64,000 nucleotides of DNA from a virus: positions 192,001-256,000 of IMG/VR virus record IMGVR_UViG_3300045988_173726, one strand, 5' to 3'. Shown piece by piece: positions 17,517 through 26,388 of the stretch (its first letter is position 1; each line of letters begins with the position of its first letter). A model generated the notes under the pieces. The model saw only the letters and a program-made list of their open reading frames with translations, was not told the DNA's origin and searched no databases. The position numbers and the translations under genes are program-made.

Positions 17517-18104
17517 ATGAAAGGCAAGATAATCACGCGAGAAGAGGTTATGAAGCGGAGTCTTATTTTGCCTGAGGTTTTAGCGAATATACCCGATAGG
17601 TGCGAGTGCGGGGGCGAAGTAGGGTTTAGTAGTGACCTTAGAGAAGTGGTCTGTCTAAATCCGAAGTGCTTTTATAAGACAGCGGAGCGGCTGGGCGACA
17701 TGGCAGAGGCTATGGGGGTAACGGGGTTTGATAAGTGGACTTGTACTCGGATTTGTAAAGAGTTTAAGTTAGAAAGCCCGTTTATGGCGTTTCTGATAGA
17801 GAGTAAAGATAAAGGTCTTAATGAGAAACTTAACGCCTTAAGGGAGAGTCCTAGCCGAGAGTGTAGCCTAGTCGAAATGGCAGAATACAGTGGGATTCCG
17901 TTGATAGCCGATAATGCAGAGACGCTGTTTCGTAAGGTAGGGAGTATCGAGCAGTTTTACGGCAGTATCATCGGGGAGCGAGTACGAGAGTGCTGTAGAG
18001 GCGGAGTTGGACTTTCGGAGTTAAGCGTAGCGCTTCAAGAGAGTAAAGAAGAATTGACGCTTGGCGAGCGGGTGTTTTATATAAGGGGTCGGCATGGCAG
18101 ATAA
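17517..18104 (+). CDS. LigA C-terminal-like protein (Zn-finger + helix-hairpin-helix region) encoded as a separate ORF
   Basis: [47 protein letters not shown] aligns with LigA [78 protein letters not shown] aligns with [31 protein letters not shown]. Confidence 0.6.
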   Translation: [195 protein letters not shown]

Positions 18105-18507
18105 ATACCGAGTAACTGGAAAAGTTTATTCTGGTGTGGAGATAGCAGGGTTTTCAATAGAGGACAGCGCGGGAGCGGTTAAGCATATCTCAAAGAAGAA
18201 GTTAATTGAGATGATAAAGGCAGGGCTTATAGAGAACATGGGTCTTGTTGAGAGGGACGGAGAGACAATAATAACTGGGGCATTTGACAAGATACCTTCG
18301 GTCGCAACGGTCGGGAGGCTCGGATATAAGAGCAGGGTTACGGACGACAGCGGTCATGTTACGGGGTACACGCTCTCTATTGAGGGAAAAGAGGACGAGA
18401 TAGAGGTAAGTATAGACAAGGCGTGGGAGCTGTGCTTTAGTGTCGGGGTAGCCGACATGAAAGCCTATCTTTCGCCAAGCAACGAGAAATATATCATTGT
18501 GAGTTGA
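18094..18507 (+). CDS. hypothetical protein (two copies of the small recurrent 'G-F/Y-x-h-x-D ... h-x-x-G-h-x-N' module)
   Basis: AAGGGG RBS. VEIAGFSIEDSAGAVKHISKKKLIEMIKAGLIENMG and GRLGYKSRVTDDSGHVTGYTLSI... Confidence 0.55.
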   Translation: MADKYRVTGKVYSGVEIAGFSIEDSAGAVKHISKKKLIEMIKAGLIENMGLVERDGETIITGAFDKIPSVATVGRLGYKSRVTDDSGHVTGYTLSIEGKEDEIEVSIDKAWELCFSVGVADMKAYLSPSNEKYIIVS

Positions 18508-18522
18508 TAGAGAGGTAACAAA

Positions 18523-18867
18523 ATGAGAAGTGCAGTGACAGCGGGTATCTTAATCGCGAATCTCCTGTTTATTTGGTGGTTTCGTAGATATAGCGAGGAC
18601 AGGGGAATGGTAGCCGAGAATCCGTTTAAGTTTATATACACATTTTATTGTGTGACGCTGTTTGGCGGGCTGTATGCGGCAAGGTTAAGCGATGTTTCGA
18701 TAGCTTCTAGGTTTACGAAAGCCTTTATGGAGTTACAGGTAATGCTTTTACTGTATAGTTTAGTAGTTCCGTTTGTAATCGGGGTAAAGAGCCTTGTTAA
18801 TAAGATTGCTACGGTGATTCTGGTATACAGTGCGAGCCTTCTTGTAATAAGGATTCTGGTTAGGTAA
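18523..18867 (+). CDS. small multi-pass membrane protein
   Basis: GAGAGG RBS; three hydrophobic segments. Confidence 0.55.
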   Translation: MRSAVTAGILIANLLFIWWFRRYSEDRGMVAENPFKFIYTFYCVTLFGGLYAARLSDVSIASRFTKAFMELQVMLLLYSLVVPFVIGVKSLVNKIATVILVYSASLLVIRILVR

Positions 18868-18911
18868 AGGCTGTGGATAGGGTGTAAAATAAAGACAACA
18901 GGGGAGTATTC

Positions 18912-20354
18912 ATGCAGAGTAGCGATATAACGAGAAGAAATGCGGCGAAGAGGATATTTGAGTATATAGCGACCGCAGAGAGTCCGAGTGCTAACGACTA
19001 TCTAAGGAGAGTGGTTAAGCAGTTTAAGGACGAGGATATAGACGCAGTAAGCGTGGTGTTTAGCACAGATTGCAAAAACCTTACTACGATTCAGAACTAT
19101 ATCGAGTATGTAGTAGCAGAGAAGCATAAGGCAGAGATTTCAGAGCGTTATTCTTCATATAAGCTAGGTTTATCTACGGCGACTGATTTAAGTGAGCAGT
19201 TAGCGGAGTGGGTAGCTACGCCGTGCTTTGAGTCGGTAGAGATAAACGAGGGTTTGCTAGGTACTAGCATAGAGACGCTTAAGAGCCTAGGCGTTCCCGC
19301 GATATATGTTAGGTATTTAACGAGTTATTACGGAACGACTTACGGAGAGGTCGTAAATACGAACGCTTTTAGGGTATTAGAGCCTAGGTTTCATTTGTCT
19401 AAGATGCTCTCTAAGCCGTTGGCAGAGGTAATAGACGAGATACTAAAGGAAGGCTGTGCTAGGTTTAAGACGAATGTCTACGAGTTTATAGAACTCTACT
19501 TAGACCCGTCAACGCGGATAACTTGTGCAGAGTTTGCGCGTAAGGTCGGCATTACGAAGCAGTTTATAAGTTTTAGTCTCGGCAGGGCGCTCGGAGAGGT
19601 AAGGGATATAGCGAAGGTTTATGCGTTTGGTGCAGATTTTTCAAAGCGTATACGGGTTTTAACAGAGAGTAGATATGATACGCTTATAAGTCTTATATTA
19701 GCACCGAGTCAGAGCCGTTATCCCCGTGTCGTAGGAATAGATGAGGGCGAGGTAGCAGAGCTAATCGGTGCGGTAGAGGAGCTTGGCGTAAGGGTTACTA
19801 AGCTAGGCGAAGCATATAGAGAGTTACACAACGAGTTTAATCTAAATCGTGACGAGTTTAATATGCTAATCGGTATGCTTGATAAGAAGCGGTATACGAT
19901 TACGGAGAGCAGTATAACGAGAAAGAAGCAGGAGATTTTCGACACACTAAACAGCCTTGTATCAGAGCAGTACGGAAGTAGCGGTATAGACATCAACGAC
20001 AACGAAGTGGTAGAAGCCCTAAACACTAAGATTAACGCCTTAAAGGGCTATGATAGAACGGTAGACGGACTAAAGGTAGCGATAAGGCGTGACTTAATGG
20101 ATTTAGGTAACGGCAGATATGCAAGCTTTGACGATGTGGAGTATAAAGCGACGGTAGTTCCGAGGTTAATGACTTATATCGTTTCAAACGGCGGTAAGGT
20201 AAACTACCTTGAGATGTTTGACGACTTAGAGTTTGTGTTAAAGAAGTACGGAATTACGAGTGCGGCGTATCTAAAGACAGTGCTTATAGTGGCGCTTGGG
20301 CATAAGGTTAAGTGCGGTCGGTGGTCTTGTGAAGTAAGGGAGGGAGTAGAGTGA
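18912..20354 (+). CDS. hypothetical protein with a possible helix-turn-helix (sigma region-4-like)
   Basis: Long ORF with a GGGGAG RBS. The segment ITCAEFARKVGITKQFISFSLGRAL resembles an HTH. The function is not established. Confidence 0.5.
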   Translation: MQSSDITRRNAAKRIFEYIATAESPSANDYLRRVVKQFKDEDIDAVSVVFSTDCKNLTTIQNYIEYVVAEKHKAEISERYSSYKLGLSTATDLSEQLAEWVATPCFESVEINEGLLGTSIETLKSLGVPAIYVRYLTSYYGTTYGEVVNTNAFRVLEPRFHLSKMLSKPLAEVIDEILKEGCARFKTNVYEFIELYLDPSTRITCAEFARKVGITKQFISFSLGRALGEVRDIAKVYAFGADFSKRIRVLTESRYDTLISLILAPSQSRYPRVVGIDEGEVAELIGAVEELGVRVTKLGEAYRELHNEFNLNRDEFNMLIGMLDKKRYTITESSITRKKQEIFDTLNSLVSEQYGSSGIDINDNEVVEALNTKINALKGYDRTVDGLKVAIRRDLMDLGNGRYASFDDVEYKATVVPRLMTYIVSNGGKVNYLEMFDDLEFVLKKYGITSAAYLKTVLIVALGHKVKCGRWSCEVREGVE

Positions 20355-21565
20355 AGAGGCGTAAGGTAGTTTATGCGGCACTTTTAGCGACAGCGGTGCT
20401 GGGGCTAACGGCTTGTGGAAAGACAGTGGTTTATGACGAGTCGAATCTGCCGACCGAGACGGTAAAGGGAGCAGAGACAGGGGAAGCTGTGACAGAAGCG
20501 GCTAGGTCAGAGAGCGCAGAAAGTACGGATAGTGGGAAGCCCGAGAATGACGGCGCACGGTCAGCGGGGATAGATAAAGTCCATGAGGTTGTAGATAATA
20601 AGGCAACCAATACAAAGATAGAGGACACGGCTAAGCAACAGGAAGTGATAGCGGCGATACGTGGGAAATTAAACGAGGCGCACAGCAGTTTATCCTCGGT
20701 CGGGACGGTAAACTTCGAGATGATACAGCTTGACAAAGCGTCTTATGCGCCGAAGCGGTATATTGCGAACATAAATCGGACGGTTAAAAAGACGGGCAAG
20801 GTGTATTCGGTAGAGTCCTTGTCGGACGAGACATATAAGGGAGTGGAATCGCTTACGAACAGAAAGACTTATCTAATCGACAGCGGGGAGAGGACTTTAA
20901 GCTACTCTAAGAAGTACGATTCAACGCTAGAGGACGGAAGTAAGAAGCCGTGGCTTGCGGTAATCGTAGATAAGGACATAGAGAACGAGCCAATAAACTT
21001 ATCGGAGATAGACAAGGTGATTGACCTAAGTTTATTTGAGGTAGGCGAGGAGACGAATGACAACATCGAGAGTTATACGCTGACTTGCTATATACCAATC
21101 TACAGCGAGCTTGAGTTAATGGGCATCAATCCAGACAGTGTGCTTGTAAGTAAGGATAACTCTGGCGGGTATAAGGGAACGATAAAGATTTACGCAGATA
21201 AGAGCGACTATACGATACATAAAATTGAGTTTTCTGGAAAGAAAGCGATGGATGTGTATTACAATAACACATATACGGCGAGCGGAGAGTCGAGTGAAGA
21301 GGTAAAGATACAGAAGTGCAGGGCATCGTTTAAGCTGGGCGACTATAGCGACCTTAAGATAGACATTCCGAAGGAGATAGAGGAGAAGCTTCCAGAGGAT
21401 GCGAAGGCGGCGGCAGAGTCGTTTGTAACGCCGACCGAGGATAAGGAGTCGATAAGCCTAGACGGAGACTTTAGTTTAGGGCTAGACGCAGAAAAGGCGG
21501 ACGATAGCGGCAAGGCAGAGACGAGCGGCACAGACGCGGCGAGTGAAGATTCCCTTAAAAAGTAA
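20351..21565 (+). CDS. secreted lipoprotein
   Basis: GTG start in a GTGA overlap with the upstream stop. Signal peptide plus lipobox: LLATAVLGLTAC|GK. Confidence 0.7.
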   Translation: MKRRKVVYAALLATAVLGLTACGKTVVYDESNLPTETVKGAETGEAVTEAARSESAESTDSGKPENDGARSAGIDKVHEVVDNKATNTKIEDTAKQQEVIAAIRGKLNEAHSSLSSVGTVNFEMIQLDKASYAPKRYIANINRTVKKTGKVYSVESLSDETYKGVESLTNRKTYLIDSGERTLSYSKKYDSTLEDGSKKPWLAVIVDKDIENEPINLSEIDKVIDLSLFEVGEETNDNIESYTLTCYIPIYSELELMGINPDSVLVSKDNSGGYKGTIKIYADKSDYTIHKIEFSGKKAMDVYYNNTYTASGESSEEVKIQKCRASFKLGDYSDLKIDIPKEIEEKLPEDAKAAAESFVTPTEDKESISLDGDFSLGLDAEKADDSGKAETSGTDAASEDSLKK

Positions 21566-21610
21566 GGGGAAATAAGGGAAAGTAGACAAGAGTAAGGGCA
21601 ATAGCTTTCG

Positions 21611-21643
21611 GGCGGGGTTTAGGAGACCCCGCCTTTTTATTTT
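21611..21643 (+). terminator. rho-independent terminator
   Basis: GGCGGGG / CCCCGCC 7-bp GC stem with a 9-nt loop, followed by TTTTTATTTT. Confidence 0.8.
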
Positions 21644-21695
21644 GGGGAAAAGCGGGCGTGGGGTTTAACAGGTACGGTAGGGGCTGGCAGTCTTA

Positions 21696-21735
21696 ATTTT
21701 GATTTTGAGCTATTTTTGCCCGAGAGTTCTTTAGG
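21696..21735 (+). repeat. copy A of a ~40-bp intergenic motif (ATTTYGATTYTG-N7-TTTYYGCCCGAKAGTTYTTTAG)
   Basis: attttgattttgagctatttttgcccgagagttctttaggg aligns with 43121-43159 and 43371-43410. Confidence 0.8.
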
Positions 21736-22108
21736 GATTTCAGAGGGAAAGGCTTTAGGGGCAGGGGAATAGGGGTAAGAGGGAGAGTGGTCTTAAAAGG
21801 GCTTCTCGTGGGTATAGCGGGGTAACAGATGGGACGGGAGGTGGAGTCGGACATTGAGCGGGTCAGTAGCGGCACAGGGGAGGTGGGGCGAGATAAGGGG
21901 AGGGTCTTTGGGGATGTTCCCGAAACAAATGTCGGGAACATAGGATGGCGAGACAGAAAGCCCCTGTCGCGCACGGGAAGGGGTCAAATCGGGGCTTTAG
22001 TGGTTTCTGGGTAGGAACAAGTAGGATGGGGGCAGATGGCGGTTTATGGGGTTTCTCGTGGGTCTTAGGGGCAAGTGATTATTTTGCTAGGAGTTTATAA
22101 GAAAGTGG

Positions 22109-22137
22109 TTGCAAGCTAATAACTTTCGTGCTAAAAT
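22109..22137 (+). promoter_or_regulatory. sigma-70/sigma-A-type promoter of the first adenine MTase gene
   Basis: TTGCAA - 17 bp - TAAAAT. The downstream CTTAAATAG box is conserved with the promoter at 43532. Confidence 0.6.
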
Positions 22138-22176
22138 AGGCTTAAATAGTATAACTAGTTGGAAACGGAGGGCAAA

Positions 22177-23145
22177 ATGGCAGGGAACAGTAATCTTCAC
22201 AGAGCAAAAGAGGCGAAGAACGATGAGTTCTACACACAGCTTTCGGATGTAGAGAATGAGCTTGTGCATTATCGGGAGCATTTTAGGGGTAAGACAGTGT
22301 TTTGTAACTGTGATGACCCGACATGGAGTGCGTTCTGGAAGTATTTTCATTTGAATTTCGGCTTTCTTGGTCTTACGCGTCTTGTTTCTACGCATTACGA
22401 CAAAGAGCAAAGCACATATATGATGGAGTATCTTGGCGGGGATGATAACGATGTGAGTGTCGGGACGAAAACGCCGCTCAAGGGAAACGGAGATTTTAGA
22501 AACGAAGAGTGTTTGGAATTGCTTCGGCAGAGTGACATCGTGGTGACGAACCCGCCGTTTTCGCTGTTTAGAGAGTTTATCGGGACGCTGATGGAGTATG
22601 AGAAGAAGTTTATTGTGTGGGGAAACAATAACGCTGTAACATATAAGGAATTCTTTCCGTTGATTCGTGAAGATAAGTTATGGCTCGGGTATTTGTCGAA
22701 TAAGACCTGCATATTCGGGGTAGGTGAAGGCTATAGGTACGATGAGAAGATAACGGCACAGATGAATGACGGAATGAAGTACGGGAAAGTTCCTGCAATT
22801 TCGACTTTTACCAACCTCGACATCAAGAAGCGTCACGAAAATCTTATTCTCTATAAGCATTATAGTCCCGAGGGATTTCCGAAGTATGATAACTACGATG
22901 CAATCAACGTAGACAAGGTATCGGATATACCGATGGATTATGACGGAGTAATGGGAGTTCCTATTACATTTCTCGACAAGTATAATCCAGAGCAGTTTGT
23001 GCTTATCGGAACAGATTTTCAAGTAAAAGACGGCGAGTTAGCTGACATCAGAAATAAGAGTTGGGGCGGTAAGTTTGACAGGGGCTATATTAACGGTAAG
23101 CGTCTCTATTCGAGGGTGTTTATTCGTAAAACATTACATAGCTAA
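22177..23145 (+). CDS. adenine-specific DNA methyltransferase, EcoRI-methylase-like family (paralog 1 of 3)
   Basis: GGAGGG RBS. N-terminal RAKEAKNDEFYTQLSDVENEL...GKTVFCNCDDP and catalytic VVTNPPFSLFREFI. Paralogous to 43594-44601 and 44588-45463. Confidence 0.8.
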   Translation: MAGNSNLHRAKEAKNDEFYTQLSDVENELVHYREHFRGKTVFCNCDDPTWSAFWKYFHLNFGFLGLTRLVSTHYDKEQSTYMMEYLGGDDNDVSVGTKTPLKGNGDFRNEECLELLRQSDIVVTNPPFSLFREFIGTLMEYEKKFIVWGNNNAVTYKEFFPLIREDKLWLGYLSNKTCIFGVGEGYRYDEKITAQMNDGMKYGKVPAISTFTNLDIKKRHENLILYKHYSPEGFPKYDNYDAINVDKVSDIPMDYDGVMGVPITFLDKYNPEQFVLIGTDFQVKDGELADIRNKSWGGKFDRGYINGKRLYSRVFIRKTLHS

Positions 23146-23409
23146 AGCAAGTAAGCTTGGCGCTAGTTAATGAATGTGTCATTTTATGCGTGCAATAGAT
23201 ATGGGACAGAAATCGAGACGATAGACTTGTTTTATCCAAAGTCTATGGCGATTTGTGGATGTATGAACTCTCCAAAAGACACCTTAGTGAGTGGTGTAAA
23301 GAAGTATGCGAGGCTTCTGATTAGGTTTCGGCAGAAGTAGGCTTAGTGAAAGCAAGAGCGAGAGCTGATTGACTAGCTTATTTGCGAGTTAGCAGAAAGG
23401 GGGGTTTGT

Positions 23410-23724
23410 TTGGGCAACGATAATAAATCTTCGGAGGTAGTAGGGATTATCTCTGTGATAGCTTTTGTAAGCGTGCTTGTTCTGTTGTCATGGTGGATTT
23501 CGTCTACTGCATTGGAGAGGTTTCAAGCGTCAAAGGGTAGTGATTCAGACACTACACGGGTATACGCTGTGTTTAACCGTGCAACTGTAAATTATTGGAC
23601 GAAAGCCCGTTTAGACGCACTGAAAGTAAAGTACGGAACAGAGATAGCAGAGCCTTTGACAGAGGATATGTCAATGGAAAGCGTATGTATTCGCGTATTC
23701 TCATTAGGTATCATAACGATTTAA
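23410..23724 (+). CDS. truncated membrane-family paralog M3 (TM + juxtamembrane segment only)
   Basis: TTG start after AAAGGGGGG. It has a TM segment plus DTTRVYAVFNRATVNYWTKARLDALKVKYGTEIAEP, matching M4 DTRVSAVFERATVVYWSKSRLDGLKVKYEAEIAEP. It ends before the C-terminal module. It may be a gene remnant. Confidence 0.45.
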   Translation: MGNDNKSSEVVGIISVIAFVSVLVLLSWWISSTALERFQASKGSDSDTTRVYAVFNRATVNYWTKARLDALKVKYGTEIAEPLTEDMSMESVCIRVFSLGIITI

Positions 23725-23739
23725 GCGAGGGAAACAGTT

Positions 23740-24600
23740 TTGCAGTACAATAGCGACAATGTAATGAGGCGGCTATTACAGCTGTGTGCAACGATTTTTC
23801 TCATGGTGATTACGGTTTCCGTTATCGTGTCGGTAGTTTCTGAACAGAAGGCATTTGAGGAAAACAGTAAAACAGAGGATACTCGGGTAAGCGCTGTTTT
23901 TGAGCGAGCAACAGTTGTATATTGGAGTAAGAGTCGTTTAGACGGGTTGAAGGTAAAGTACGAGGCAGAGATAGCCGAGCCGAGGATAGATTATTGGACT
24001 CGGGAGTATTTGGATACTTCATATGTTAGGTATCAGCAGGGGTTTATAGATATTCCTGCTAGGACAGCTTATTTGCCAAAGTATCGTCCGACAAGAAGGA
24101 ATCGCTTGAAGGTAGAGACTCTAGTAAGGTCTACGAGGTATGTGTATAGCTGGGTAGTTCCGCTTACGCTTTATAGGAACGAAATTAATTCCGAGGTAAA
24201 CCCAGACAGTGAGGCGGTATGTGATATTATTTTCCAGTCCGGAGAAACAGAGGAGTATACCTTCAAGGCAAAGTATTCAGTGAGTGAGAGAGCCTTTCAT
24301 ATAAGTACTTATGTGTCGGATGGGTGGTCTGACAGGCAAGAGGGAATTTTTGATGTTCATTTTAAGTTGAAAAACTTAGTTTCTGGAAGAAAGTATCTTT
24401 TAGGTAGCCAAGAGTTTATTGCAGATGACAGCGGGGAGCGGGATTGCAGTATAGACATACCAAATTACGGTCTGCGTTCATATTTGTTTAATGAAGATTC
24501 TTCTTATCGTGTGCTGTTGCATAGTATGGACGATAGCGGGGTGCTTAAAGAGGAGTTAGCGTTTGATGTGTCGTTAGGAGATATAGACTGGAAGAGATGA
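23740..24600 (+). CDS. single-pass membrane protein, family member M4
   Basis: TM LQLCATIFLMVITVSVIVSVV. C-terminal signature VHFKLKNLVSGRKYLLGSQEFIADDSGERDCSIDIPNYG. TTG 23740 or ATG 23764. Confidence 0.7.
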   Translation: MQYNSDNVMRRLLQLCATIFLMVITVSVIVSVVSEQKAFEENSKTEDTRVSAVFERATVVYWSKSRLDGLKVKYEAEIAEPRIDYWTREYLDTSYVRYQQGFIDIPARTAYLPKYRPTRRNRLKVETLVRSTRYVYSWVVPLTLYRNEINSEVNPDSEAVCDIIFQSGETEEYTFKAKYSVSERAFHISTYVSDGWSDRQEGIFDVHFKLKNLVSGRKYLLGSQEFIADDSGERDCSIDIPNYGLRSYLFNEDSSYRVLLHSMDDSGVLKEELAFDVSLGDIDWKR

Positions 24601-25523
24601 GCAGAGAACGGACGGATGCAGACGATTTTAGCTTGGCTATGGTTGGTGCTATTGTGGTTGCGGTGGTGCTAATTTTTGTAATAGCTGGGCTTGTGACGCA
24701 TTGGGAGAAGAAAGAGGCTTCTGAAAACTTAAAAGGCGACCCGTCAAGGGTAAACGCAGTGGTGGAGTCCGCACGGGTAACATATTGGTCGAAAGATAGG
24801 CTTGACGGGTTAAAGATACAGTTCGGGGGCGAAGTTTATACGCCAAAGGTTACACCTGTGGCTCGGAATTATAGCGTAGTTCACCGAGGACATGGGAACT
24901 CTGGTGTTGGAGTTTATGAGAAGTCGGATGGGAAGCTTGGGATTGGCTTTGTATCTGGAACAGGTTACGGATGGTATATTGGTTCGGATGGAGAGACGGG
25001 GACAGGCTGGGTTGTGAGTGGTAGTAATACGCCGACAACGCGCGAGAGCGTAACTGCTGTTAGGTATCTGTACAGCTTTAATGTCCCTGTAGGTGTGTAT
25101 GCGAATGACGGTGGCAGTCTTGTAAATCCAGACTGCGGTGCAGAGTGCAGTGTAATTTTGCCTAATGGTGGGATAGAGAGGTTTTTATTTTCTGCGAAGT
25201 ATGACTTAGTGAATCGAGGCTACGACATATTGTCGGTATCAAAGACAGGGCTAGGAAGTGCCTATGACATTGAGTGTGGAGTATATAGGGTAAATCTTCG
25301 ACTTAATAACCTTACGGTCGGAAAGACTTATATTCTTGGCGGGTATCGGTTTACGGCAGACAGTAAGGAGCGTGAGTGTGTGATAGATATTCCGAATTAC
25401 GGAGTTTATTACAGGGAGCTTGGCGACCAAGCTGTGTATCGGGTTGACTTATCGAGTATAGACGAGCAGGGGAATGCGGAGCTTGAGCTACGGTTTAATG
25501 TATATTGCGGTCGGGTAGATTAA
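24597..25523 (+). CDS. single-pass membrane protein, family member M5
   Basis: ATGA overlap with M4. TM AMVGAIVVAVVLIFVIAGLV. Signature VNLRLNNLTVGKTYILGGYRFTADSKERECVIDIPNYG. Confidence 0.75.
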   Translation: MSRERTDADDFSLAMVGAIVVAVVLIFVIAGLVTHWEKKEASENLKGDPSRVNAVVESARVTYWSKDRLDGLKIQFGGEVYTPKVTPVARNYSVVHRGHGNSGVGVYEKSDGKLGIGFVSGTGYGWYIGSDGETGTGWVVSGSNTPTTRESVTAVRYLYSFNVPVGVYANDGGSLVNPDCGAECSVILPNGGIERFLFSAKYDLVNRGYDILSVSKTGLGSAYDIECGVYRVNLRLNNLTVGKTYILGGYRFTADSKERECVIDIPNYGVYYRELGDQAVYRVDLSSIDEQGNAELELRFNVYCGRVD

Positions 25524-25551
25524 GCGGCGCAAGCCCTTTGTACAAATCTTA

Positions 25552-25580
25552 TTGACAGGTTTCTATTAGCCTGTTATGAT
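25552..25580 (+). promoter_or_regulatory. sigma-70/sigma-A-type promoter
   Basis: TTGACA - 17 bp - TATGAT, about 45 nt upstream of ATG 25626. Confidence 0.6.
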
Positions 25581-25625
25581 TATCTCATAGCAAAGCATTT
25601 AAGGCTTGGGTGGGGGAGATAGAAG

Positions 25626-26375
25626 ATGTATAACAGAGGGCTAATGGACGATATGATTGTTGTGGGGACTGGGGTTTTTCTGGCTCTGCTTTTATGTGGG
25701 GGTTTAATTGTCCATGAGGAGATAAAGGATAGAACAGGGGATGTTAGCCCGATAGAGGTTGAGTTCTTGTCGGTGTCGCCTTGCCTTTACGATAAGACAC
25801 CGATAGGTGGAACACTGCTTTCCGCAAGCGGAGAGAATAGCGGGTTAAAGACGGGTGACCCGATTTCGTATCAGTCGGGGCGTGCAGGGTATGTTTATCA
25901 GCAGAACAGTGGGCTTGGTGTTTATACATATTCCTCAAACGATATGTTGTTTTCGTGCTACGCAGAGGTTGTTCCGACACAGGACGCGAAGGGGAACTGG
26001 AATGCAGGATTTAATTTGTTGTCCCCGAGCGGAGATACAGTAAATGTAGGCTTTAAGGCAAGTTCAAATCGCAGAAAGACAGAATACAGCTTGATTAGCG
26101 GGGGTAACACTTCGCTCGACACAGGTATTTATGGTTTCATGCTAAAGTTTAGTGGTTTAACGGTGGGAGATAGATATGTGTTTGCGGGGCAGGAGTTGCA
26201 TGTTTCCGAGGACGGAAGTGCGATAGCGAGTGTTCTTACGCCTTGCGGGGGAGTCGGGTTTACTCGGGAAGGCACGCTTTCACAGCATGGCTATCATTAT
26301 CTAAATCTGGTTAAGATTTTGGATAGTGGCACGGTAGAGAAAGAGATTGAGTTTAGCATCGAGATGGCACATTAA
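25626..26375 (+). CDS. single-pass membrane protein, family member M6
   Basis: GGGGGAG RBS. TM IVVGTGVFLALLLCGGLIV. Signature FMLKFSGLTVGDRYVFAGQELHVSEDGSAIASVLTPCGG. Confidence 0.75.
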   Translation: MYNRGLMDDMIVVGTGVFLALLLCGGLIVHEEIKDRTGDVSPIEVEFLSVSPCLYDKTPIGGTLLSASGENSGLKTGDPISYQSGRAGYVYQQNSGLGVYTYSSNDMLFSCYAEVVPTQDAKGNWNAGFNLLSPSGDTVNVGFKASSNRRKTEYSLISGGNTSLDTGIYGFMLKFSGLTVGDRYVFAGQELHVSEDGSAIASVLTPCGGVGFTREGTLSQHGYHYLNLVKILDSGTVEKEIEFSIEMAH

Positions 26376-26388
26376 GGGGGAGTGGGAG

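Noticed and set aside
21693-22014. ORFs in the G-rich intergenic region (21693-21974 minus, 21793-21987 minus, 21829-22014 plus).
   Set aside because: The products are Gly/Arg- or Pro/Ser-rich low-complexity sequences that simply reflect G-richness. There is no RBS, and the homologous region at 42976-43593 does not conserve any reading frame.
23170-23340. A 56-aa ORF (MNVSFYACNRYGTEIETIDLFYPKSMAICGCMNSPKDTLVSGVKKYARLLIRFRQK) in the gap after MTase 1.
   Set aside because: It has no recognisable RBS and no similarity to anything else in the window. It is too short to support from sequence alone.
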